Translations under genes and position numbers: made by a program
Part shown: positions 1-8,920 of the stretch, in pieces
How the letters are laid out: every line of letters begins with the position of its first letter
How positions within the stretch are numbered: the stretch's first letter is position 1
The notes under the pieces: model-generated
Database searches by the model: none
The model's input: only the letters and a program-made list of their open reading frames with translations
What the model was told of the DNA's origin: nothing
Assembly (NCBI GenBank): GCA_003635255.1
Contig: PYJC01000091.1
Coordinates: 992 to 64,991, forward strand
DNA: 64,000 bases
Source: Candidatus Poribacteria bacterium
GTDB taxonomy: Bacteria > Poribacteria > WGA-4E > WGA-3G
Reading direction: 5' to 3'

Positions 1-602
1 TCAATATAAGGCATTTCGCGGTTGCCGACAACTTCAATCTCCATACCGTTTTTTGCGTAGGGTGCAATGAGCAGCAGTGCTGTTAAGAATTGGCTGCTTT
101 TACTGACATCAAGGCGGGTTTTTCCACCTTTAAGCCCGTCTGCTTCGATAATGACAGGGAGATGTCCGTTCTCAAATTGGGTGCGTGCTGAGACCCCAAT
201 TTGCCTAAGTGCATCGAGTAAGTCAGCAATAGGGCGACCGTGGCGCATCGGTTCATCGCCGTCAATGACGAATTTGCCGTGTCCGAGTGAAACATAGGCG
301 GTAAGTGAGCGTGAAGTGGTGCCTGAGTTCCCGATATAGAGTTCGGCACCGGAAACTGGGATTTCACCGCCATTTCCATGCACGTCAAACGTCGCCAACT
401 TCTCATCAGCGTCAACCTTGACCCCGAGTTTTTGTAAGGCATTGCACATATAACGTGTATCATCGCTAAAGAGGGCACCCGTTAGCGTCGAAGTACCGTG
501 TGCCATTGCAGCGACCAACAACGCACGGTTGGTATAACTCTTAGAACCCGGTACTTCTATCGTGGCATTGATCGGTTTGCGAACGGGTTGTATCTCAATC
601 AT
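1..602 (-). CDS. aroA: 3-phosphoshikimate 1-carboxyvinyltransferase (EPSP synthase), N-terminal part; gene continues beyond the window start
   Basis: Absent from the ORF track because it is open at the window edge. Manual minus-strand translation from ATG 602-600 gives MIEIQPVRKPINATIEVPGSKSYTNRALLVAAMAHGTSTLTGALFSDDTRYMCNALQKLGV. It carries the PGSKS-TNRALL-AA and SDDT..M..AL..LG patterns of AroA N-termini. The start overlaps the stop of the upstream gene (ATGA at 599-602). Confidence 0.8.
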   Translation of the reverse strand, partial: MIEIQPVRKPINATIEVPGSKSYTNRALLVAAMAHGTSTLTGALFSDDTRYMCNALQKLGVKVDADEKLATFDVHGNGGEIPVSGAELYIGNSGTTSRSLTAYVSLGHGKFVIDGDEPMRHGRPIADLLDALRQIGVSARTQFENGHLPVIIEADGLKGGKTRLDVSKSSQFLTALLLIAPYAKNGMEIEVVGNREMPYI

Positions 603-1498
603 TCAACAACTCCCAACTCCTCAAGTAGTTGTCGGAGTTCAGCTTTCTCGGCATCGGTGAGCGGTAGTAGTGGACTTGTTGTGCGTGCGCTGCAGACCCC
701 CAAAATTTCCAGACACGCCTTCATGCCGCTGACCCCCTGTCCGTAGGTATACATTTTACTGAGCCGCAGCATCCACTTTTGTAACCGGTGGACTTCATCA
801 ATATCACGTGCCTTCGCAGCGTTGTAGAGCGCGACCGATTCTTTCGGAGCAACGTTTGCAATTGAGACAACACCACCTGCTGCACCAAATAGGAGTGCTG
901 CACCGAGTGCGACATGCGAGCCGAGGAAGATAGAGAAATCTGTTCGCTCACCAAGCAGTGCTATGAGATTGAGGGAGTTCGTCCAATCCCCCGTACTGTC
1001 CTTAACGCCGACGATATTTTCACAGGTATCTGCGAGTTCAACGATGATCTGCGGCTTAATAAAGGTTTTAACGGTGGACGGGATATTATAGACGAAAACT
1101 GGGAGTTCCGTACTCGCGGCGACTGTCTGGTAGAATTCGATCAGGTCTGCATCGTCGGTGGAGGGGTAATAGTAGCCGGGTGTCGCAGCGACTGCATCAA
1201 CGCCGAACTGCTCGGCGATTTCAATGTTTTGAATGACGCGTTGCGTGCTTGTATCCATGACACAACAGATAACTGGGACGCGTCCCCCAATTGCTTTGAG
1301 AGCGATGTCCATTGCCCGTTCGCGTTCTGTATTTGTTAAAGTCGTAAATTCACCCGAACTCCCGAGTAGATAGATGCCGTGAACACCGCTGTGAATCAGT
1401 CGGTTCAGTTGGTTGACGAACCCGCGTTCATCGACGCGTTCTTTTTCATCAAGTGGTGTTACTGTCGGTGTAAAAATGCCTTCAAATCGGATATCCAT
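599..1498 (-). CDS. DapA/NanA-family class I aldolase (dihydrodipicolinate synthase family)
   Basis: The ORF shows GSSGEF, YNIP and GVKDS (Schiff-base Lys) motifs. The start was moved to the second ATG (1498) because AAGGAGA (1510-1504, minus strand) lies 5 nt upstream of it. Confidence 0.8.
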   Translation of the reverse strand: MDIRFEGIFTPTVTPLDEKERVDERGFVNQLNRLIHSGVHGIYLLGSSGEFTTLTNTERERAMDIALKAIGGRVPVICCVMDTSTQRVIQNIEIAEQFGVDAVAATPGYYYPSTDDADLIEFYQTVAASTELPVFVYNIPSTVKTFIKPQIIVELADTCENIVGVKDSTGDWTNSLNLIALLGERTDFSIFLGSHVALGAALLFGAAGGVVSIANVAPKESVALYNAAKARDIDEVHRLQKWMLRLSKMYTYGQGVSGMKACLEILGVCSARTTSPLLPLTDAEKAELRQLLEELGVVE

Positions 1499-1858
1499 GA
1501 ATGTCTCCTTCATTCTCGACCCAGCGGAGGTTTCTCTGCAATTTGGTTAGATACTTTCAGTTTATCAAAATACGGTTTCATTGTCAATCATATCCGAGTG
1601 TCCTGACATCCTCTCAAACGTCTTCAACCGACACGATCTCCGACGAAACGAAATTATCACTGGGCTTCCGAAAAGACTATCATTGTCGCAGCGACAGCGC
1701 GATCGGGATCGGCTACCACAGCGAAACGTGCTTTGCGTCAAGGGCGTGAGGTAATTATCACGCGGCATGTCAAAGCGAGAATAGACAGCGCAACGCTCGT
1801 TAAAAATCTTGGGGAACTCAAAGATGTGCTCGGTATAGAACGCGAAGCTTCGGGAAAT

Positions 1859-1887
1859 TTGTAATTTTTTGTTTTCTGTGATATACT
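1859..1887 (+). promoter_or_regulatory. sigma70-type promoter candidate with extended -10
   Basis: TTGTAA (1859-1864), exact 17-nt spacer, TG at 1879-1880, then TATACT (1882-1887). The predicted TSS is about 1894. It lies in a 750-bp gene-free gap. Confidence 0.4.
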
Positions 1888-1893
1888 ATCCAA

Positions 1894-2002
1894 ACCAGTT
1901 TTGGGTGGCACCACCACGAAACGGCCCCCATTCCGTTTCTGCCACCCTGCCACCGTGGTGGGAGAATAAAAGACTGGGGACTGGGAAACCAGTGTTAACA
2001 CT
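1894..2002 (+). ncRNA. Candidate structured RNA or 5' leader of unknown class
   Basis: Perfect complementarities read directly from the sequence. GGGTGGCA 1903-1910 pairs with TGCCACCC 1940-1947. GAAACGG 1918-1924 pairs with CCGTTTC 1933-1939. The intervening CCACCAC 1911-1917 pairs with GTGGTGG 1955-1961, a crossing (pseudoknot or alternative) arrangement. CCAGT 1895-1899 pairs with ACTGG 1973-1977. An ACTGG-GAAA-CCAGT tetraloop hairpin spans 1980-1993. A 12-bp palindrome AGTGTTAACACT spans 1991-2002. I recognised no Rfam family. Confidence 0.3.
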
Positions 2003-2267
2003 TAAAATCAAACAGGAGAGGGTATTTGGCCCTGTCGAATTTGAACCACAAAACTTGTCTGAACTTTTCTAATTTTTAGTCTGAATTAACGTTGGTACTT
2101 CAGGGTATGATGGTAGTGTAGCGTATTCACCAGACGGTGAATTTGGTAAAAGAGAAGCTATGTTAAAAATAGGGCACAGCACTCGAACCGGAGAGACAGG
2201 GAATGCCGATGAAATCCATAGCACTTCACACATTCTACCTTGGTGATAACGATGAGGAAGCATTTTT

Positions 2268-5200
2268 ATGGTTAACCCGTATGAATATTCTGGCAAACCC
2301 TTGACACCGAAAATGGCTCAAGAATTGATTATAGAGTTATTTGAAGGCAAAATCCTCCATGAAAGGGATATAATCAGAAAAGTAGATGAAGTCCATGTTC
2401 AGCGTGGCGGTAAGTTGGCGCAAACTAAGACGCACTTTCTCATAAAAGCCCTAAAGGTGCTGAGTGGTGGTAGGTTGGTGCAAACTAAGACGCACCCTGT
2501 CATAGATGCTCTAAAGGCACTGAGGCGAGATTACTTTGCTGATAACCCAAGGCGAGATTACTTTGCTGATAACCCAAACCCCGGCGATGGCATTTGGATA
2601 ATTACTGGTGAAACTTACGTTATTGTTAATATCCCTGTATCGTTTAATACCCCTTGCCAATCTGGATTTGAATCGCTTAAAGGCTACAAAACATTCGACT
2701 ACAAAAAATACAAAGAATTACTTGGCGAATTATCTTATGACCTAGAAAGGTACGGCGGGAGTATCCTCGGTGAAGTATGGAATGCCGGACCAGATCCCGC
2801 ATTCGACTGGATTTCCACCCCGGTTCTTATTCCTGCTAAATGGACTGACAATCTTGAACCACAAGACGCTCACGAGAGCGCGTGTCTAATGCTGTTTCCG
2901 TCATTTCGATTGCCGAATGGAAGGTTGGTTATTGTGACGATGACTATGGATACATACCAATATCATTCTGTGGTTTATGAAGATGATTCTTCGGAAATAA
3001 TCCAGTCCCTCTTAGTTAAGGAGAGCGTTCCAGTATCGGCCCGGAAAGAAAAATTACCGTCAGGTCCCAACGCTCAACAACAACAAGCGATTCGGACAAC
3101 AGAAGGTCCACTGCTCATCATCGCGGGTCCCGGATCGGGTAAAACCTTTACACTCGTAGAACGAATTTACTATCTAATCTCTGAGCAGAACGTTCAACCT
3201 GAGCAGCTATTTGTCTCAACCTTCACCGAGAAAGCCGCCGATGAGCTCATCACACGTGTCGGGTCAAGACTATCTGCTGATAACATTGAAGTCAATCTCA
3301 ATGAGATGTATATCGGCACGTTCCATTCGATCTGTCTACGGTTCCTTGAGGAAAATCTTGAGTTTACCCGTCTGAAACGCGATTTCGTTCTATTGGATCA
3401 GTTTGACCAGCAGTATTTCCTGTATAAGAAACTGTCTGAATATCAGGAGATTGAGGGAAGCGAGCACATCATAAACGGTTTGGGTTGGCGAGCAGCGGCA
3501 GATCTCATGAAATGGGTGAATAAAGTAAGCGAGGAGGCTCTGGATCCGGAAGATTTACTGAACGCCCCGGATCCCGAAGTTCAGGCATTGGGACGCTGTT
3601 ATCAGCAGTATCAAACACATTTGGAAGAAGAGAACTATCTCGACTTTTCCACCATCCAGTTTGAAGCATTGCGTCTGCTTGAGGCACACCCTGAGGTACT
3701 TGAGGAAATCCGCGATAAGATCCAGTATCTGATGGTCGATGAGTATCAGGACACCAACACTATCCAAGAACGTATCCTGTTCAAACTCGCATCCCCGGAT
3801 TTCAATCTCTGTGTTGTTGGGGATGATGATCAGGGACTTTACCGGTTTCGGGGGGCAACAATACGGAATATCTTGGAATTTCCACAGAAAGACTTTTCAG
3901 GTGCTGTCTGTCAACAGGTCAAACTCACCACGAATTACCGATCGCATCCAGATATTATCAAGTTTTATAACGAATGGATGGATCCTCCCGATTCCGCTAA
4001 TTTTCCCGGTTGGACATCGGAGGGCAAGACCTTCCGTTATGCAAAGTCAATCGTTCCTGACGCTAACAAAGGTTTTGTAGATATGCCCACTGTGCTGAAA
4101 GTGTCAGGGGATCCGAACACCGAAAACTGGCACGAGGAGGTCCTCGCCTTCCTGCGCCATCTCAAGGACAGCGGTGCGTTGACGGATTGGAATCAGGTCG
4201 CCTTCCTATTTTGGTCGGTGCGCGATAAGAAGGTCGTTGCGTTAGCGAAAGCGTTAGAAGCAGGGGGTATCCCGGTCTACTCACCCGGCTCGAACCAATT
4301 CTTTGATCGCCAAGAAATCTGTCTGATGATTGGTGCGCTGATGTTCCTCTTTCCGCAATTTCAAGAGATTCGGGAATGGAGGGAAGGTGCACATCTCAAC
4401 ATCTGGGATTATTACGATAAGCAGTGTCTTCCAGGATTCACCAATGAACTCCGCAAGCCAGAAAACGAGGCGATGCGGATGTGGTGCAGTGATCGGGCAA
4501 AGGAGCATCTCGCGCTAACACAGGGGACAGACTACGCCTTCTCGGGGCTGTTCTATGAGTTGTTGCAGTTCCCAATGTTCAGTCAATATCTCGGATTGGG
4601 AACACAAGAGGACGTGATTGACGGCCGTCCTGCCCGGAACTTAGCCACTCTCTCGCGGATGCTCGATAAATATGAGTGTATTCATCGTATAAAGGTTCTG
4701 ACTCCCAACAATCTTGATAGAAGTCTCCAACGATTGTTCAATCAATTTTTCAGTTTCCTCAAGAAAGGGGCCATCGCCCAATACGAAGACGAATACGAAG
4801 ACGTATCCGAATACGCGCCGAGCGGTTGTGTTTCCTTTATGACGATTCATCAGTCGAAGGGTTTAGAGTTCCCCGTCACGATTGTCGGGTCAATGGATGC
4901 TGATCCTTGGGGAAAAGATACCAACCTCGCTGACCTCCTTCAGCGGAAGTATTACAGCAAAGAACCTTTTGAACCGCTGGAGAGAACCAAATACTATGAT
5001 TTCTGGCGACTCTTTTATACGGCATTTTCCAGAGCACAGAATCTGTTGATCCTTACCTGTCAAGAGAGAACGGGGGGAAAATGGCGCGCGCCATCAAGTT
5101 CTTTTAAACCTGTGTACGATCCAGTGTGTTCTTGGCGCACCTCTGCTTTTCAACCTGAACGGCTCACGCTTGAAACGATCAAGGACGTGACGTTTAAGAA

Positions 5201-5963
5201 GGAGTATTCGTTCACATCACACATCACTGTTTTTGAGGGTTGCGCGAGGCAATATAAGTTCTACCGTGATCTCGGCTTCGCTCCGATCCGCCGGAACCAG
5301 CATACGATTTTCTTTGGGAAACTGGTGCATCAGACGATTGAAGACATCCACAAAGTGGTCCTACGTGGTGAGGAGCATATCGTCACAGAGGAGCAGATTT
5401 CGGACTGGTTTAACGCCAATTATACGCGTCTATCACGTCAAGAAGACCTCTCTCTAACTTATAGTATACAAAAAGCAGCGCTGGACCAGGTACTGAGATA
5501 TGCACGCCGAGAGCGTGGAACGTGGGATCGTCTCCGCGAAACCGAGGTTAAAATGTCGCTCGTCAAAGACGCGTATCTCCTCAAAGGACAGGTGGATTTG
5601 ATTCGAGGTGAAGACGACACAGTAGAGGTTGTCGATTTTAAGTCAGGAAAGAAACTCGACCTTGACCTTGTGAGTGAAATAGAAACGATAGAGTGTTACC
5701 GCCGTCAACTCGAAGTCTATGCACATATCATTGAAGGGTGCACAGGTCAGACAATTAGCAAGATGCACCTCTACTACACAGGCCAAGACGATGGCAATCC
5801 GTATGTTAGTTTCGACAAGGATGCGCGTTCTATTGAAAAAACGATGGAAGCGTGTGATAACATTGTGGCGCGTATTGAGAACAAAGATTTCGAGATCGAT
5901 GTCCGTCCCGATGAAGAACTGTGTCGGAACTGCGATATGCAAGCCTATTGTGATGCGATGTAG
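2268..5963 (+). CDS. UvrD/Rep-type SF1 helicase fused to a C-terminal Cas4/AddB-like PD-(D/E)XK nuclease, with an unassigned N-terminal ~280 aa (Mrr_N-like winged-helix look)
   Basis: 1231 aa. Helicase motifs: AGPGSGKT (K292), MVDEYQDTN, VVGDDDQGLYRFRGA, TTNYRS, MTIHQSKGLEFP, YTAFSRAQ. Nuclease motifs: D1110, D1123-F-K1125, RRQLEVY, and Cys992 plus Cys1219-x2-Cys1222-x5-Cys1228, the spacing of Fe-S ligands in Cas4/AddB/Dna2 nucleases. Confidence 0.85.
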   Translation: MVNPYEYSGKPLTPKMAQELIIELFEGKILHERDIIRKVDEVHVQRGGKLAQTKTHFLIKALKVLSGGRLVQTKTHPVIDALKALRRDYFADNPRRDYFADNPNPGDGIWIITGETYVIVNIPVSFNTPCQSGFESLKGYKTFDYKKYKELLGELSYDLERYGGSILGEVWNAGPDPAFDWISTPVLIPAKWTDNLEPQDAHESACLMLFPSFRLPNGRLVIVTMTMDTYQYHSVVYEDDSSEIIQSLLVKESVPVSARKEKLPSGPNAQQQQAIRTTEGPLLIIAGPGSGKTFTLVERIYYLISEQNVQPEQLFVSTFTEKAADELITRVGSRLSADNIEVNLNEMYIGTFHSICLRFLEENLEFTRLKRDFVLLDQFDQQYFLYKKLSEYQEIEGSEHIINGLGWRAAADLMKWVNKVSEEALDPEDLLNAPDPEVQALGRCYQQYQTHLEEENYLDFSTIQFEALRLLEAHPEVLEEIRDKIQYLMVDEYQDTNTIQERILFKLASPDFNLCVVGDDDQGLYRFRGATIRNILEFPQKDFSGAVCQQVKLTTNYRSHPDIIKFYNEWMDPPDSANFPGWTSEGKTFRYAKSIVPDANKGFVDMPTVLKVSGDPNTENWHEEVLAFLRHLKDSGALTDWNQVAFLFWSVRDKKVVALAKALEAGGIPVYSPGSNQFFDRQEICLMIGALMFLFPQFQEIREWREGAHLNIWDYYDKQCLPGFTNELRKPENEAMRMWCSDRAKEHLALTQGTDYAFSGLFYELLQFPMFSQYLGLGTQEDVIDGRPARNLATLSRMLDKYECIHRIKVLTPNNLDRSLQRLFNQFFSFLKKGAIAQYEDEYEDVSEYAPSGCVSFMTIHQSKGLEFPVTIVGSMDADPWGKDTNLADLLQRKYYSKEPFEPLERTKYYDFWRLFYTAFSRAQNLLILTCQERTGGKWRAPSSSFKPVYDPVCSWRTSAFQPERLTLETIKDVTFKKEYSFTSHITVFEGCARQYKFYRDLGFAPIRRNQHTIFFGKLVHQTIEDIHKVVLRGEEHIVTEEQISDWFNANYTRLSRQEDLSLTYSIQKAALDQVLRYARRERGTWDRLRETEVKMSLVKDAYLLKGQVDLIRGEDDTVEVVDFKSGKKLDLDLVSEIETIECYRRQLEVYAHIIEGCTGQTISKMHLYYTGQDDGNPYVSFDKDARSIEKTMEACDNIVARIENKDFEIDVRPDEELCRNCDMQAYCDAM
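2406..2579 (+). repeat. In-frame tandem duplications inside the helicase N-terminal domain (2 x 60 bp, then 2 x 27 bp)
   Basis: 2406-2465 versus 2466-2525 encode GGKLAQTKTHFLIKALKVLS and GGRLVQTKTHPVIDALKALR. 2526-2552 versus 2553-2579 encode RDYFADNPR and RDYFADNPN, identical at 25 of 27 nt. Confidence 0.9.
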
Positions 5964-6147
5964 CGAAACGTAACGACTGAACAACAAGAGGTATCCTTTG
6001 GCGAGACAAGCCAAACTCACTATTTCTGAACCTGTAGAAATGGAATTTCAGAGAGAAACTTTATCTTAACTTTGCGAAATTGTGGTCTAAATAAGCGTAT
6101 GCACTACACTCATCTGGAACTTATCGATTGCTGATTTCGCGGGGACT

Positions 6148-6330
6148 TTGCCGCAACTCCTAAAAGACTTAACGCCCCGTGAACGGCAAGTCTTCGTCTT
6201 CATTCGCGAGGATATGCGTAACTCTGACATAGCCGAAGTGTTGAATCTAAAACTTTCGCGCATCAGTTATCTGGTGAAACAGGGGAAGACGAAACTGAAA
6301 CAAGGCTGTCTAAGACTCGGATTGTATTGA
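6148..6330 (+). CDS. Orphan sigma70 region-4 / LuxR-type HTH fragment (stand-alone small protein or remnant of an ECF sigma factor)
   Basis: 60 aa with a TTG start. LTPRERQVFVFIREDMRNSDIAEVLNLKLSRISYLVKQGKTKLK matches the region-4 HTH pattern. No region 2 is present: an in-frame stop lies at 6088-6090. Confidence 0.35.
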   Translation: MPQLLKDLTPRERQVFVFIREDMRNSDIAEVLNLKLSRISYLVKQGKTKLKQGCLRLGLY

Positions 6331-6413
6331 ATAGGCTTTAGGATGTAACTTGCAATCCGATGTGGCAAAAGGGAGGTTATACGATTTTGGAAAAAATCAT
6401 GAACGAAGGGAAG

Positions 6414-6466
6414 AGGCGATTGCGCAGACCAGCAAGGAGACCAGCGGGCAATCGCCTTTTTATTTT
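6414..6466 (+). terminator. Rho-independent terminator candidate
   Basis: A 10-bp perfect stem (AGGCGATTGC 6414-6423 with GCAATCGCCT 6448-6457) is followed by TTTTTATTTT. The 24-nt loop is unusually long. Confidence 0.45.
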
Positions 6467-6577
6467 CCTTAACATTGGCGTAAATTATTTTTCATGGGTT
6501 TAGTGCAAGTTTCGGCTTGCAACCCATGCCAAAGGGTGTTATGATTATATCAGAATCTCTTCGCAGCTAGGCAATTT

Positions 6578-8389
6578 ATGAATATCCGCACACAACTGAC
6601 CCTCAGGTACATAGGCATTGTCCTTGTCGTGTTGATTGCTATGTATTTCTATCTTGGCACAGTGCTTAAAGATTCGATGAGTACTCGGATTACCAGCGAA
6701 TTGGAAATTCAGGCGGCATTAACTCGGGAATTCCTCATTGAAAAACTCCCTGCTAAAGATAACTTTACCTATGATGCGATAGACCCGCTTGTCGATAGAC
6801 TCGGAAAGACCGAAAAGGCTCGGGTGACCTTCATTGATTTAGAAGGCGTTGTCTGGGGTGATACAGAACGGGATGGACAAGCACTGCGGGCGATGGATAA
6901 TCATCTTAAACGTCCAGAGGTACAGGATGCCCTCCAATTCGGTAGGGGAATCCGGGATAGATACAGCGATACCACCCAGACAGAATTCCGTTACTACGCG
7001 ATGCCAATATACGAGCAAACTTCAGAAAATGGCGAAGGCACTCTGATTGGTATTTGTCGGGTAGCGCTGCCGATGGAAGCCGTCAACACGGCAATCGGCA
7101 ACCTGCGTCGGACGGTTCTGATTGCAAGCATGGCGGGTCTAATCCTCGCCATTGTATTTAGCATTTTCTCTACCAGGATCATCACAAAACCGCTCGAGAA
7201 ATTAACACAGATGACCCAATCCCTTGCTGCTGGAAAGATCGACTCACGTGTTCCTGTTGATTCTAAAAATGAACTCGGGCAACTCTCACGGAATTTCAAC
7301 CTCATGGCAGACAGGATGCAGGAACAGATTGATCAGATTTCCGAAGAACATCGGCGTCTGGAAACCATTTTGACTGATATGGGTGAAGGCGTGCTACTCG
7401 TAAACGGTGCGTTTGAAATTACCTATGCCAATCCTATGGCTATCTCTATGTTGTCACTTCCGAATGCTTATGTCGGAAAAGCACTGATCGAAATCAATCG
7501 GATCCCTGAACTCCACACACTGCTGCAGGCAGCAGAACAGACAGAAACCGTCGCGTTCGCAGAAATCCGGCTCGGTAACCTAACGGAACCGGAAGCAGAA
7601 GTCACGGTTGTACCGGTCTCCACGGGTGAAGAATACGTTATCGTCATCCATGATGTGACCAAGGAGCGGCAGTTAGAACGCATCCGTGCCGACTTTGTCG
7701 CGAACGTCTCGCACGAACTGCGTACGCCACTCACAACAATCCAAGGTTACGCCGAAACCTTACTGAATGAGAATACACCGCGATCAAAGACGAGTGAACA
7801 ATTTATTGTGAAAATCCTCAACGACTCATCTCGGCTCTCAAGGTTGGTCTCGAAGCTGCTCGAACTTTCCCGACTTGAGTCTGGCGACGTGGAATTGAGA
7901 CGTACACGCTGTCATCTTAACACCTTCCATGAACCCATTTTAGAAATATTTGAACCGATATTAGAGGCGTCCGAACTGGTTTTAAAATGGGAAACGCCTG
8001 AAGATTTACCAGAGATCAGTGTGGATCAACAACTTTTCATGCAGGTGCTTGCGAACCTGATTGACAACGCTATTAAATATACACCAGATAGCGGTACGAT
8101 TACCGTTTCGGCAGAGATTAGTGCCAGCGCAGCATTTGAAGGCACCCATATAACTTCGGAAGAACTTATCGTGCATGTCCAAGATACGGGTATCGGCATC
8201 CCGCTGGAATCTCAACCGCGTGTGTTCGAGCGGTTCTATCGTGTGGACAAAGGGCGCGCCCGCGAAATGGGCGGCACAGGGTTAGGACTGGCAATCGCCA
8301 AACATATCGTGCTCCGCCACAATGGACGGGTCTGGTTGGAAAGCACTTTGGGGGAAGGCAGCGTATTTCACGTTGCTATTCCGTTATAA
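6578..8389 (+). CDS. Sensor histidine kinase (PhoR-like: TM - sensor - TM - HAMP - PAS - HisKA - HATPase)
   Basis: 603 aa. H-box FVANVSHELRTPLTT; N, G1 (QDTGIGI) and G2 (GGTGLGLAIAK) boxes; two hydrophobic segments flanking a ~150-aa region. No adjacent response regulator. Confidence 0.9.
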   Translation: MNIRTQLTLRYIGIVLVVLIAMYFYLGTVLKDSMSTRITSELEIQAALTREFLIEKLPAKDNFTYDAIDPLVDRLGKTEKARVTFIDLEGVVWGDTERDGQALRAMDNHLKRPEVQDALQFGRGIRDRYSDTTQTEFRYYAMPIYEQTSENGEGTLIGICRVALPMEAVNTAIGNLRRTVLIASMAGLILAIVFSIFSTRIITKPLEKLTQMTQSLAAGKIDSRVPVDSKNELGQLSRNFNLMADRMQEQIDQISEEHRRLETILTDMGEGVLLVNGAFEITYANPMAISMLSLPNAYVGKALIEINRIPELHTLLQAAEQTETVAFAEIRLGNLTEPEAEVTVVPVSTGEEYVIVIHDVTKERQLERIRADFVANVSHELRTPLTTIQGYAETLLNENTPRSKTSEQFIVKILNDSSRLSRLVSKLLELSRLESGDVELRRTRCHLNTFHEPILEIFEPILEASELVLKWETPEDLPEISVDQQLFMQVLANLIDNAIKYTPDSGTITVSAEISASAAFEGTHITSEELIVHVQDTGIGIPLESQPRVFERFYRVDKGRAREMGGTGLGLAIAKHIVLRHNGRVWLESTLGEGSVFHVAIPL

Positions 8390-8413
8390 GGATTGTTTGT
8401 CAACTACCCAAGC

Positions 8414-8920
8414 CTAAAGAGTTGGGAAACCTGTCCGAGCGTCAAACAGCATCAACTGTGTTGCGTTCTGCAAGTCCAAATCTCGTGCTTCGTTCTTGTT
8501 TCTCGCTTCATAGAGGGTGGCAACCCACCGCTCTCCACGAAAGGCTGCAGCAGCCTTTAAAAGTATGTTTATCGCAGCGTTGTGGTCTCGGTCTAAAGAC
8601 GTGCCACACGCCTGACAGTTAAAAGTTCGTATCGCCAACGATAGTTTCTTTGGCGACTTCTGACCGCAGTTAGAACAGATTTGCGAGGTATTCTTGGGAT
8701 CGACTTGGTGGAAATGCAGACCGTCTCTTTCGGAAACCATGTCCGCACACCACTTGAAGAATGTTCCCCAAGACGCATCGGAAATGCGCTTGCTGAGGTG
8801 TTTGTTCTTGACCATATTGGAGATGCTCAAATCCTCTGCCACTAAAACATTATTGCTTTTATGGTGGTAGAGTTTATAGACGAGTTTACCGATCAGTGAA
8901 GAGGTAGCGGCGGGATACAT
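8414..8920 (-). pseudogene. tnpB: C-terminal fragment of an IS200/IS605-family TnpB (RuvC-III plus zinc finger); the N-terminal ~230 aa are missing
   Basis: VAEDLSISNMVKN...SDASWGTFF...TSQICSNCG...FNCQACGTSLDRDHNAAINIL is the TnpB C-terminal signature. A stop lies immediately upstream in frame, and tenA occupies the space where the rest of the gene would be. No tnpA is present. Confidence 0.7.

Noticed and set aside
1565-2001. Minus-strand ORFs in the 750-bp gap (including a protein-like stretch FAFYTEHIFEFPKIFNERCAVYSRFDMPRDNYLTPL)
   Set aside because: There is no start codon or RBS for the protein-like part: a TAG lies just upstream and the first Met is late. It is possibly a gene remnant and is not callable.
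2100-2200. tRNA-like T-loop string (GGTTCGAGT on the minus strand) and a small hairpin ATTCACC-AGAC-GGTGAAT
   Set aside because: No cloverleaf can be drawn, because acceptor and anticodon stems are absent.
6399-6500. Small ORF MNEGKRRLRRPARRPAGNRLFIF...
   Set aside because: It is made of the terminator hairpin arms. The SD-like GGGAGG is over 20 nt from the ATG, so it is likely non-coding.
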